Source: Deltaproteobacteria bacterium
Lineage (GTDB): Bacteria > Desulfobacterota > Anaeroferrophillalia > Anaeroferrophillales > Tharpellaceae
Length of the DNA: 64,000 nt
NCBI GenBank assembly: GCA_016938065.1
Contig: JAFGVI010000086.1
Span: forward strand, 2,155 to 66,154
Reading direction: 5' to 3'
The position numbers were made by a program, and so were the translations under genes. The notes beneath the pieces were generated by a model. The model did not search any database, was not told the origin of the DNA, and was given only the letters and a program-made list of their open reading frames with translations. This document shows, one piece after another, positions 8,772-17,431 of this stretch (position 1 is the stretch's first letter; the number at the start of each line of letters is the position of its first letter).

Positions 8772-10463
8772 TTAAGCGGTTTTTACTTTGGCATCTTCCT
8801 GTCGTCCCAGGGTTTCAGTTGCCATGTCGCGCAGTTTATATTTCTGAATCTTACCGCTGGCCGTTACCGGATACTCATCCACAAAGATAAAAAAAGCCGG
8901 GGTTTTATGAAAGGCAATCTTACCTTTGCAGAAGGCTTTCAGCTCAGCTTCGGTGGTCTTTTCACCCGGCTTCATCTGCACATAGGCGACAACCTCTTCG
9001 CCGTATTTGATACTGGGCACGCCGACTACCTGAACATCCTTGATCTGCTCATGGGTGTAAAGGAATTCCTCGATTTCACGGGGATAGATATTCTCGCCCC
9101 CGCGAATGATCATATCACCCATGCGGCCGGTTATCTTGCAGTTGCCGTCGGCATCCATGGTGGCCAGGTCACGGGTATGAAGCCAGCCGTCTTTGTCGAT
9201 CGCATTGGCGGTCGCTTCCGGCATTTTGTAGTAGCCCTTCATAACATGATAACCCCGGGTTACCAGTTCGCCCTGTTCTCCCCGGGGCAGCTCGTCACCG
9301 GTTTCGGGATCGACAATCTTCACCTCAACATTGGGCAGTGCCCGACCCACGGTGGAAACCCGAAGTTCAAGGGAGTCGGTTTTGCGGGTCTGGGTCACCC
9401 CGGGTGAAGCTTCGGTCTGGCCATAGACAATCGACATTTCGCTGGCACCCATCACGTCAACGACTTTCTTCATAACCTCAATCGGACAGGGAGAGCCGGC
9501 CATAACCCCGGTGCGCAGATGCGAGGTATCGTATTTTTTCTTCTCCATCTCTTCGAGTTCGGCAATAAACATTGTCGGAACACCATGCAGAACCGTACAT
9601 TTGGAAGCTTCGACCGTCTCCAGCGTATCAATCGGTTTAAAAGCAAGGACCGGTGCCATGGTCGCGCCGGAAACCAGAGAGCAGAGATTTCCGATAACAC
9701 AACCGAAACAGTGGAAGAAAGGCACGGGAATACAGAGGCAGTCATCGGCTGTCAGATTCATGCACTCAGCCATGCTGAAAGCGTTACCGATCAGGTTGGT
9801 ATGGGTCAGCATAACACCTTTGGGAAATCCGGTGGTACCGGAGGTATACTGCATGTTAACCACATCCTCGGGCTCGCAGGTCGCTTGCCGGGCTTCAAGT
9901 TCCTGGTCACTGATCTTATTACCCAGAGCGATTACGTCAGCCCAGCTGAAGGTTCCCGGAATTTTCTCATCTCCTATATAGATGACATTTCTGAGTTTCG
10001 GCAGCTTGGCACTGTTCAGTTCACCCGGTTTGGAGTCTTTCAGCTCGGGACAGACATCATTGATGACCTTGACATACTCATCCGCCTCGCGCAGTCCACC
10101 AATCAGAATCAAAGTCGTAGAGTCGGATTGCTTCATCAGATACTCAAGCTCAAAACTACGATAGGCGGTGTTGACCGTCACCAGCACGGCCCCCATTTTC
10201 GGCAAACCGAACTGAGTATAGATCCATTCCGGCACATTGTTAGCCCAGATCGCAACTTTATCACCACGTTCAACCCCAAGAGCCATAAAACCTTTAGCCA
10301 CCTGATTGCAGATCTGATTGAGCTCGGCATAGGTATGACTTAATCCTTTTTTATGGTACTCCACGGCCTTGTTGCTGCCAAACTGCTCGGCTACAGTCTC
10401 GACCAGTCTGCCGATGGTAATGTCTCCAAGTTCAAATTGCGGTTTGTTCACTAATGCCTCCAT
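8772..10463 (-). CDS. AMP-forming acyl-CoA synthetase (medium/long-chain fatty-acid-CoA ligase, ACSF2/FadD-like)
   Basis: Has the AMP-binding motifs YTSGTTGFPKGV, YGQTE and TGDL-type HTRDLA, and the C-terminal SGKIQK lysine. Confidence 0.85.
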   Translation of the reverse strand: MEALVNKPQFELGDITIGRLVETVAEQFGSNKAVEYHKKGLSHTYAELNQICNQVAKGFMALGVERGDKVAIWANNVPEWIYTQFGLPKMGAVLVTVNTAYRSFELEYLMKQSDSTTLILIGGLREADEYVKVINDVCPELKDSKPGELNSAKLPKLRNVIYIGDEKIPGTFSWADVIALGNKISDQELEARQATCEPEDVVNMQYTSGTTGFPKGVMLTHTNLIGNAFSMAECMNLTADDCLCIPVPFFHCFGCVIGNLCSLVSGATMAPVLAFKPIDTLETVEASKCTVLHGVPTMFIAELEEMEKKKYDTSHLRTGVMAGSPCPIEVMKKVVDVMGASEMSIVYGQTEASPGVTQTRKTDSLELRVSTVGRALPNVEVKIVDPETGDELPRGEQGELVTRGYHVMKGYYKMPEATANAIDKDGWLHTRDLATMDADGNCKITGRMGDMIIRGGENIYPREIEEFLYTHEQIKDVQVVGVPSIKYGEEVVAYVQMKPGEKTTEAELKAFCKGKIAFHKTPAFFIFVDEYPVTASGKIQKYKLRDMATETLGRQEDAKVKTA

Positions 10464-10532
10464 TATTCTTTTTATAATTTAGCTGAGACGGGTCGAACCC
10501 GTAATAATTTTATTAAATACAGAAATTACTGA

Positions 10533-10567
10533 CTACAAAACAGGGGAGACTTACGCCTCCCCTGCTG
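10533..10567 (-). terminator. Rho-independent terminator between the two tandem acyl-CoA synthetase genes
   Basis: On the - strand, CAGGGGAG-N8-CTCCCCTG is followed by TTTTG. Confidence 0.65.
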
Positions 10568-10574
10568 AATAACC

Positions 10575-12266
10575 CTATTTGGAAGCCTTTTTCTCTTCCT
10601 CCATCTTCCGTAACTCGACCCGACGGATCTTGCCGGAGACGGTTTTCGGCAACTCTTTCAGAAACTCAATTTCACGCGGATATTTGTAAGGTGCGGTCTC
10701 CTTCTTGACGTGATCCTGAATTTCCTTGACCAGCGCATCCGAACCTTCATAGCCGGGAGCCAGAATAATAAAGGCTTTTACAATGGTGCCGCGCAGCTCA
10801 TCCGGAGTACCGACAACTGCGCTTTCGGCAACAGCCGGGTGACTCTGCAGAGCGCTCTCAACCTCAAATGGTCCAATGCGATAACCGGAGGCTTTGATAA
10901 CATCATCGGAACGTCCGACAAACCAGAAGTAACCCTCTTCATCCACAGTCGCCTTATCACCGGTATAATACCAGTCGCCGGCAAAAGCTTCGCTGGTCGC
11001 TTCGGGATTGCGCCAGTATTCGGTACAGAGACCAACCGGAGCTACCGGCTTGACGCGCACGGCAATATGCCCCTCTTCATTGATGGGCACCGGATTACCA
11101 TCATCATCAACCAGATGAATATCAAATCCGGGCGTGGGTTTACCCATGGAACCGAACTTGATCTTCATGCAGGGATAGTTGGCAATCATATTAACCGACT
11201 CGGTCTGACCGAATCCGTCATAAATCGTGGTGCCGGTATGCTCTTTCCAGACTTTAATAATCTCGGGATTGAGAGGTTCGCCGGCTGCCAGAGAATGGCG
11301 CAAACCGGTAAGGTCATATGCCGAAAGATCCTCAAGAATGAGCATCCGATAAGCCGTCGGCGGAGCACAGAAAGTAGTCACCCCGCAGGTTTCAATAATT
11401 TTAAGGTGGGTTTTGGCATCGAATTTACCAGCCGCATTATGCACCATAACGGCCGCACCGATCTGCCACTGACCATAAATTTTACCCCAGCCGGCTTTCG
11501 CCCAGCCGGTATCGGAAAGGGTCCAGTGAAGATCAGTGGGCTTGAGATCCTGCCAGAATTTGGCCGTGATAATATGACCGATACCGTAGGATGCGTGCGT
11601 ATGGCAGACCATTTTCGGAAATTTTGTAGTTCCGGAAGTAAAATAGATCAAAAGGCCATCGCTGGATTTGGTCGCCTCGACCTCATCCCGTGAGAGCTTC
11701 GCGGAAGCGCCAGCCATCAGGCTGTCATAATCATCCCAGCCGTCTTTTTTCTCGCCGATACAGATATAGTTCTTCAGAGTCGGACAGGTAGGGCGGACCT
11801 CGTCAATCTTGGTGACGTTCTCATGCCACATAATAGCCGCCACGGCATCAGCCTGCTGAACCCGATATTCACAATCATGCGGGGTCAGAATATTGGGAGC
11901 AGGCATCGGCACAACACCGAGTTTTGCCGTTCCCAGCATAACCGCATACCACTCAACAATGCGCGGCACCATCACGAAAACGCGATCACCTTTTTTGATA
12001 CCCTTCTGCCGCAGCACATTGGCAAATTTATTGGAGAGGCACTGCAGATCAAAAAAACTGTATTTACGGATTTCGCTCAGATCAGTACTGGCCCAAACCA
12101 TCGCCAGTTTAGTCCGATCCTTAGCCCACTTATCAACGACGTCAAAACCGAAGTTGAAAAATTCAGGGATGCTGAATTTAAAATTTTTCTTAACATCATC
12201 ATAGTCCTTCATATTGGGACCATTCAGATCAACCGGGATATTGTCGTACGGGGTCGTCAGCTGCAT
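10575..12266 (-). CDS. AMP-forming acyl-CoA synthetase, medium-chain (ACSM-like)
   Basis: Has FTSGTTKFPKMV, YGQTE, YYTGD, and the C-terminal SGKIRR. The N-terminal FNFGFDVVDKW is typical of the ACSM/MACS group. Confidence 0.85.
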   Translation of the reverse strand: MQLTTPYDNIPVDLNGPNMKDYDDVKKNFKFSIPEFFNFGFDVVDKWAKDRTKLAMVWASTDLSEIRKYSFFDLQCLSNKFANVLRQKGIKKGDRVFVMVPRIVEWYAVMLGTAKLGVVPMPAPNILTPHDCEYRVQQADAVAAIMWHENVTKIDEVRPTCPTLKNYICIGEKKDGWDDYDSLMAGASAKLSRDEVEATKSSDGLLIYFTSGTTKFPKMVCHTHASYGIGHIITAKFWQDLKPTDLHWTLSDTGWAKAGWGKIYGQWQIGAAVMVHNAAGKFDAKTHLKIIETCGVTTFCAPPTAYRMLILEDLSAYDLTGLRHSLAAGEPLNPEIIKVWKEHTGTTIYDGFGQTESVNMIANYPCMKIKFGSMGKPTPGFDIHLVDDDGNPVPINEEGHIAVRVKPVAPVGLCTEYWRNPEATSEAFAGDWYYTGDKATVDEEGYFWFVGRSDDVIKASGYRIGPFEVESALQSHPAVAESAVVGTPDELRGTIVKAFIILAPGYEGSDALVKEIQDHVKKETAPYKYPREIEFLKELPKTVSGKIRRVELRKMEEEKKASK

Positions 12267-12502
12267 AATCGTCTTTCTCCTTCACACCCTGGTTTGTTCG
12301 TCTGCGTCGCAACGAACATTTACATTGGTTAAACTTTTTAAAATACCGAGTTTCGACACTGGGGTTCTCTACACCAGCTGAACCCCTCATAAATAAAATA
12401 ACGCTGTCCGCTCTGCATCCGCACAACAACTGATATAAAACGGCTTTATAGAAGAACAGTGAGTACCCAATATAGCAAGACAAGCCCTTTGTCAATAAAA
12501 AA

Positions 12503-12518
12503 CAGTTAACGTCAGCTG
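12503..12518. promoter_or_regulatory. Imperfect 16-bp palindrome CAGTTAACGTCAGCTG (candidate operator, site 1)
   Basis: Lies in the 420-bp region upstream of the ACSM-like gene. It shares 16 of 18 positions with site 2, located 65 bp away. It sits just upstream of a - strand TTGACA at 12490-12495. Confidence 0.4.
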
Positions 12519-12567
12519 GCAGAACTGTAAATATCCGAGCAAACCGACAACACCGGCAAAAATACTT

Positions 12568-12583
12568 CAGTTAACGTTAACTG
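12568..12583. promoter_or_regulatory. Perfect 16-bp palindrome CAGTTAACGTTAACTG (candidate operator, site 2)
   Basis: The sequence is self-complementary as read, and is followed by GC as in sites 1 and 3. Confidence 0.45.
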
Positions 12584-12687
12584 GCTATTTTTTACCAAAA
12601 AAAAGAACAATCTTCACCGCCGGGAACCTGCTGCCACCAGGACGATCAAGCCCCAAAGTAAACCATCAAGCAACCCTAAGCCTCGCA

Positions 12688-12885
12688 TCATGCCTCAATC
12701 AAATGATGGGTTTTAATCCAGCGAGCCACGGCACGTTTATTAAAGCGCCAGAATTTCCGTTCCTTATGACCCGGCAGAATCCCCTTGCGCGCCATATAGT
12801 TCACGGTATCAGGGCTCGTATCCAGAAGTTCCGCAACTTCTATACTGCCGATTTCTCCACCGTTATCCTTTTTCATAATCCTCAT
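12688..12885 (-). CDS. Small helix-turn-helix DNA-binding protein, excisionase/MerR-superfamily (HTH_17-like)
   Basis: 65 aa when started at ATG 12885, which is preceded by GGGAGAG. IEVAELLDTSPDTVNYMARKGILPG...WRFNKRAVARWI matches the excisionase-type HTH pattern. The upstream part of the 101-aa tracked ORF is probably not translated. Confidence 0.65.
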   Translation of the reverse strand: MRIMKKDNGGEIGSIEVAELLDTSPDTVNYMARKGILPGHKERKFWRFNKRAVARWIKTHHLIEA

Positions 12886-13090
12886 TTTTTCTCTCCCTGC
12901 CTTAGAAGAATAATAACCGTGACGATAAAGCGTAGAGTATCCCTCTCCGCAACGCCAGCGAAGCCCACCCTGAAACACAAGCTGGGCACACAATTAATGC
13001 ATATTTAATGCCAACTTTCACTTTCAATCAGGACAGACATATGCGTCACCATCTGTCTCCGGAAACACACGACTACCCAATGCTGAAAAC

Positions 13091-13140
13091 TAAAAAGCAG
13101 GCATCGGCGTAATGGCACCGATGCCTGCTTTTTAGTTTTT
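13091..13140 (-). terminator. Rho-independent terminator downstream of tRNA-Ala
   Basis: A 12-bp stem, AGCAGGCATCGG (13096-13107) with CCGATGCCTGCT (13118-13129), flanked by an A5 run and a T-run. Confidence 0.75.
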
Positions 13141-13145
13141 TATTT

Positions 13146-13221
13146 TGGTGGAGCTGAACGGGATCGAACCGTCGACCTCTTGTCTGCCAGACAAGCGCTC
13201 TCCCAGCTGAGCTACAGCCCC
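13146..13221 (-). tRNA. tRNA-Ala (anticodon GGC)
   Basis: Reverse complement: GGGGCTG TA GCTC AGCTGGGA GAGC G CTTGT CTGGCAG ACAAG AGGTC GACGG TTCGATC CCGTT CAGCTCC ACCA. This is a 76-nt cloverleaf with the G3:U70 alanine identity pair and an encoded CCA. Confidence 0.95.
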
Positions 13222-13279
13222 ATGTCGATTTTGCGGGGCCTAAATAGCATGGCCCCTTCACCCTGTCAATCTTTTTTTG

Positions 13280-15181
13280 TCAGTCGAGTACTCCAGCCAT
13301 AACTTTGATATCGGCATCCTGACGCAGCCCCTGCACAAATTCATCCATGATCCGGTAGCGCTTATACTGCAGCAACTGCTGTTCTATATCAGCTTTCAAT
13401 TTAGCCCCATCCGCCCCGGGCTCAAGTCGCCTCTCACGCAGAAGGGCAAAGATAAAACCGTCATTATGGGCCAGGGCCGCAGATGTTTGCCCCAGGTTCA
13501 GAGCGAAAAGCTGCTGACTCAGTTGAGGATCATTGCCAATTTTGGGAACGGCTCCACGCCCGCGAACAAAAAAACCGGTATCAATCAGCTGGGCCCCGAT
13601 TGCGGCCGCCGCGTCCTTCAACGACTGTCCACCGGTCAGCGCAGCAGCGACTTTTTTGCTGAGCCCTTTAACTTCGGCCTTCGCCAATTCATATCTATAG
13701 GCTTTTTCGACAGCCTCTTTCACTTCCGCCAGATCCGGCAAATAGCTCTCTTTTTCCTCAGTAACCATGAAGTAATAACTGTTTCGGGCCGGATTAACCA
13801 CCTCAGAAATCTGACCGACAGCCGTCTTAAAGGATTCGGCAATCAACGCCGGATCCTTGCCGATATCGGGAACCACGACATCTTTTTCCTTAAAAAAAGC
13901 GGTCTCAACGACGGGATATTCCAGTTTTCTGGCCTGAGCCGCAAACGTTTCCCGATCTGAGGCGGATAAAACTCCGGCAACTTCCTTAAGCCGCTCCTGC
14001 AAAAGTTCAGGCAAAGCTTCAGCCCGCAGACTTTTAACAATACCGGCCTTAACCTCATCCAGCGATTTGGTATGGGCCGGCTTATATTCCTCATTTTTTA
14101 TAAGATGGAGTCCAAACTGGGTACGCACCGGCTCGCTGACAGTGCCCGGCGTCAAAGCAAATGCGGCCTCTTCAAAAGGCTTGACCATGGAGCCCCGGCC
14201 AAACCAGCCCAGATCTCCCCCCATGCTGTTCGAAGGTCCTTGCGAATATTTTTTTGCGAGCTCGGCAAAATCACCTCCGGCCTTTACTTTAGCTAAAATA
14301 TCGTTAATCTCCTGCTCTGCTTTTTCCACCTCTTCGGGGGAGGCGTCCTGAGCAACCTTGATCAGAATGTGGCGCGCCTTAACCTGCTCCGATACATTAT
14401 ATTTTTCAAGGTTTTCCTGGTAATATTCCGCAACCTGGGCATCAGTTACCGGAATACTCTCCAGCAGCTTATTGCGATTGAGCACCAGAGCTGCAATCTT
14501 GCGCTGCACGGGTACGCGAAAATCTTCTTTTTTGTCGGCAAAAAACTTTTCCAGCTCGGCTTCCTTGACCACCACGGCCGCCTGATAGTCAGCCGGAGCC
14601 AGCGACAAAAGTTCAGCCGCGATCTCTTCCTGCTGCTGACGCAATAAGATATCTACCTCATCCGGCACCAGCTTAACCCCGTCACCGACCACCGAACGGA
14701 CTTTTTCGAGTAGAATATCTTCTTCAAACCCGGCTTCGAACTGATTTGGGGTCAAGCGATTATAACTCAACGCCCGCCGATATGTTTCCTGATCAAAATG
14801 GCCATCCCGCTGAAAGGCTCCCAGCGAGGCAATCCGCTGACGCAATTCGGCGTCACTCACCGTCAGCCCCAGCCGTGCGGCCTGATCAAGCAGAAGCTGA
14901 CGATCAACCAGACTGTTAAGGGCTTCCTGTTTAATCTGACGGATCCGGGCCGCATCGGGATCAAATTTACCTTTGGCCTGTTCCTGATAACGACGCCAGA
15001 GATCACGAAAGGAGTTGTCAAGGGTTTTACGCTCAATAGTTTTCCCGTTGACAGTAGCCGCCACCGTCATCTGTTTTGCTTTCATACTGCCAACCCCCCA
15101 GAAGGAGAAGACAACAATAATTACGCCAAAGACAAACTTTACAATCCAGGACTGAGCGTTTTTTCGCATTATTCTTAACAT
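13280..15181 (-). CDS. ppiD: Periplasmic chaperone / peptidyl-prolyl isomerase PpiD (SurA-N plus parvulin domains)
   Basis: Has the N-terminal anchor MLRIMRKNAQSWIVKFVFGVIIVVF and a parvulin core (ARHILIK...GGDLGWF). ATG at 15181 is preceded by GGAAGAGG. The tracked ORF extends 28 codons further upstream. Confidence 0.85.
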   Translation of the reverse strand: MLRIMRKNAQSWIVKFVFGVIIVVFSFWGVGSMKAKQMTVAATVNGKTIERKTLDNSFRDLWRRYQEQAKGKFDPDAARIRQIKQEALNSLVDRQLLLDQAARLGLTVSDAELRQRIASLGAFQRDGHFDQETYRRALSYNRLTPNQFEAGFEEDILLEKVRSVVGDGVKLVPDEVDILLRQQQEEIAAELLSLAPADYQAAVVVKEAELEKFFADKKEDFRVPVQRKIAALVLNRNKLLESIPVTDAQVAEYYQENLEKYNVSEQVKARHILIKVAQDASPEEVEKAEQEINDILAKVKAGGDFAELAKKYSQGPSNSMGGDLGWFGRGSMVKPFEEAAFALTPGTVSEPVRTQFGLHLIKNEEYKPAHTKSLDEVKAGIVKSLRAEALPELLQERLKEVAGVLSASDRETFAAQARKLEYPVVETAFFKEKDVVVPDIGKDPALIAESFKTAVGQISEVVNPARNSYYFMVTEEKESYLPDLAEVKEAVEKAYRYELAKAEVKGLSKKVAAALTGGQSLKDAAAAIGAQLIDTGFFVRGRGAVPKIGNDPQLSQQLFALNLGQTSAALAHNDGFIFALLRERRLEPGADGAKLKADIEQQLLQYKRYRIMDEFVQGLRQDADIKVMAGVLD

Positions 15182-15313
15182 CAACAAAAACCTCTTCCTA
15201 ACCCTACAACTTAAGCAGCGTGAATTAATCTCTAAAAAAAACAACCTCGCCAAAAAAACAGTCACGCTCTATATGTTAAGAGAGTGCTAAAAAGCAAGAA
15301 AAATTGCCGACCT

Positions 15314-16096
15314 CTAAAGAAAACGCCCCAGTCTTGAGTAATCGCGATAACCCTCGTAAAGCGGGTTGGCATCACAATAGTGCAGAATAAAATTCTCAGG
15401 CCCGCTCTCGGCCACGGCCAGACAAAGGGATGCGGTGGTACCGTAGCCGTCAAAGGTTACATTAAAACCCTGCGGCGGAATATCATCATGCGGAAAAGGG
15501 GTGCGCAGCCCCCTTTGAAAAGAGGTCAGGGTCTGCAGCATGAGCTCGTCTTCTGTGGCGTTGGGCTGCTGCTGCCGCCGCAGATCGGCAAAAAGACGGC
15601 GAGCGCTTCGGGCCTTGACACTCATACAGGCATCGAGCAAGCCATTTCCGAGAAAATGGTAGCCGGGAAACAGAGGATAAAACTGCAGCTGGGGATAATT
15701 GGAGGAGAAAAAACCCTCGTCCGGAGAGACCACTATCAAATTGAAAGGATTAAAAGAGGCCACCGCGCAAGTGTCGGCAAGAGCCGACCTGGCACTCTGT
15801 GGAGTGTCGCAGGCGAGAAGCTCAAGCACCAGCTCTCCCCGCGAACGAGAGGCCGGCCGATACGCATCACCCAGCCAGCGGTTGGTCAGCCAGACCATCA
15901 AACCGCGATTATTGTAACCCCACCAGCTGCCGCCGCCGCTCAGATCACAGGAAGCAATCCAGCGCCGCCCGTCATCACAAACCGAACGGTAAACCCGGGG
16001 CGGCAGGGCGCGCCGCTGCAAAAATTCATCCCGATTGTTGGCCGCCACCAACGGCCAACCTTTAACTATATTAAAGGCCAGTAAAACCGTACACAT
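15314..16096 (-). CDS. NRDE family protein (DUF833/TANGO2-like)
   Basis: Has an MCT N-terminus and the NNRDEF motif at residues about 20-25, at the characteristic length. Confidence 0.8.
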   Translation of the reverse strand: MCTVLLAFNIVKGWPLVAANNRDEFLQRRALPPRVYRSVCDDGRRWIASCDLSGGGSWWGYNNRGLMVWLTNRWLGDAYRPASRSRGELVLELLACDTPQSARSALADTCAVASFNPFNLIVVSPDEGFFSSNYPQLQFYPLFPGYHFLGNGLLDACMSVKARSARRLFADLRRQQQPNATEDELMLQTLTSFQRGLRTPFPHDDIPPQGFNVTFDGYGTTASLCLAVAESGPENFILHYCDANPLYEGYRDYSRLGRFL

Positions 16097-16119
16097 AAAC
16101 CCCGCAATCCGGCTTTATT

Positions 16120-17229
16120 TCAGTCCAGCAGATCCCTGACCTTGGAGAAAAAACTTTTACTCTCATGCGTTGAGAAATCTCCGTTCTCCCGGGCCAGCTC
16201 TTCAAAAAGTTCACGCTGCTTTGCACTGAGTTTCTTCGGGGTCATCACCACCAGTTCAAGAATCTGATCGCCCCGTCCGTAACCATTTAAATGTGGTACC
16301 CCTTTGCCCCGCAGATAGAGAAGGTCACCTGATTGCGTACCTTCGGCTATCGAAATCTTCTCTTTTTCCTCCAGGGTCTCAACCTCCATGTCCGCCCCTA
16401 AGGCCGCCTGGGAAAAGCTGATCGGCACCTGACAATAAATATCATCACCGCGCCGCTGGAAAAAGGGGTGCTCTTTAACCTGAATCACCACATAGAGATC
16501 ACCCGGAGGCCCGCCTTTACTGCCGGCCCCGCCTTCACCCACAAGTTTGAGCCGGGTTCCGGTCTCTACTCCGGCCGGAATTTTCACCGACAGTTTTTTC
16601 TCCTCCCGCTGACGCCCGGTACCCTGACACTTCTTACAGGGATTTTTAATAATCGTACCCTCTCCCCGACAGGTCGAGCAGGCCTGACTGACACTGAAAA
16701 AACCCTGCTGATAGCGCACCTGGCCATGCCCCTTACAAGTCGGACAGACCTCAGGCTGCGATCCGGCTTCAAGTCCAGAGCCCTTACAGACATCACAGGT
16801 CACATGCCGTGGAATCTTGATCTTGGCCTGAGTGCCGAATACCGCTTCTTCAAAAGATATCTCCAGATTATAACGCAGGCTTTCACCAGCCCGCCCGGAC
16901 GAACGACGCCGACCCCCGGAGGCGCCGAAGACTTCGCCGAAAAGATCGCCAAAGATATCCCCAAAACCACCGAAACCACCAAAATCAGCGCCACCCTGCT
17001 GCTGCAGCCCTTCATGGCCGTACTGATCATAAAGCGCCCGTTTCTGTTTGTCAGACAAAACTCCGTAAGCTTCACTCAGCTCTTTAAACTTGGCCTCGGC
17101 CTGCGCATCAGCCGAATTCTGGTCGGGATGATATTTGAAAGCCAGCTTGCGATAGGCTTTTTTTATCTCGGTCTCAGAAGCATTTCGATGAAGTTCCAAA
17201 ACTTCATAGTAATCTCTTTTATCAGCCAC
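16120..17229 (-). CDS. dnaJ: Molecular chaperone DnaJ
   Basis: Has a J-domain (KRDYYEVL...HPD), a G/F-rich region and four CxxCxG zinc motifs. The likely start is GTG at 17229 ([11 protein letters not shown]), after AGGAG. Confidence 0.95.
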   Translation of the reverse strand: MADKRDYYEVLELHRNASETEIKKAYRKLAFKYHPDQNSADAQAEAKFKELSEAYGVLSDKQKRALYDQYGHEGLQQQGGADFGGFGGFGDIFGDLFGEVFGASGGRRRSSGRAGESLRYNLEISFEEAVFGTQAKIKIPRHVTCDVCKGSGLEAGSQPEVCPTCKGHGQVRYQQGFFSVSQACSTCRGEGTIIKNPCKKCQGTGRQREEKKLSVKIPAGVETGTRLKLVGEGGAGSKGGPPGDLYVVIQVKEHPFFQRRGDDIYCQVPISFSQAALGADMEVETLEEKEKISIAEGTQSGDLLYLRGKGVPHLNGYGRGDQILELVVMTPKKLSAKQRELFEELARENGDFSTHESKSFFSKVRDLLD

Positions 17230-17332
17230 GCCTGCAAACTCCTGATGAAAAATTAGATCCGGAAAATTTGTCTTTTTCCGGTGATACTGGTTTAATGCAG
17301 GCAACACCCGCATCCGCATCGCGATTAAAACG

Positions 17333-17378
17333 AAAAAACCAGATACGCGGCAAAGCTCTCACCTTGCCGCGTATCTGG
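17333..17378 (-). terminator. Intra-operon hairpin (attenuating terminator) between dnaK and dnaJ
   Basis: A 15-bp stem, CCAGATACGCGGCAA (17339-17353) with TTGCCGCGTATCTGG (17364-17378), followed by T6 on the - strand. Confidence 0.6.
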
Positions 17379-17431
17379 AACTTTTTACCCTCCGCTGCCG
17401 ACCATCATGCGACCGACTAAAGTTATTTATC

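Noticed and set aside
12544-12556. Exact 13-mer CCGACAACACCGG shared with 44524-44536, both intergenic (17-mer with one mismatch when flanks are included)
   Set aside because: By a rough pair count (number of position pairs divided by 4^13), exact 13-mer matches are expected many times in 64 kb. Restricting to intergenic DNA makes it only marginally unexpected. There is no second line of evidence.
13073-13261. 62-aa ORF on the - strand
   Set aside because: It is fully explained by tRNA-Ala(GGC) and its terminator hairpin, which it overlaps.
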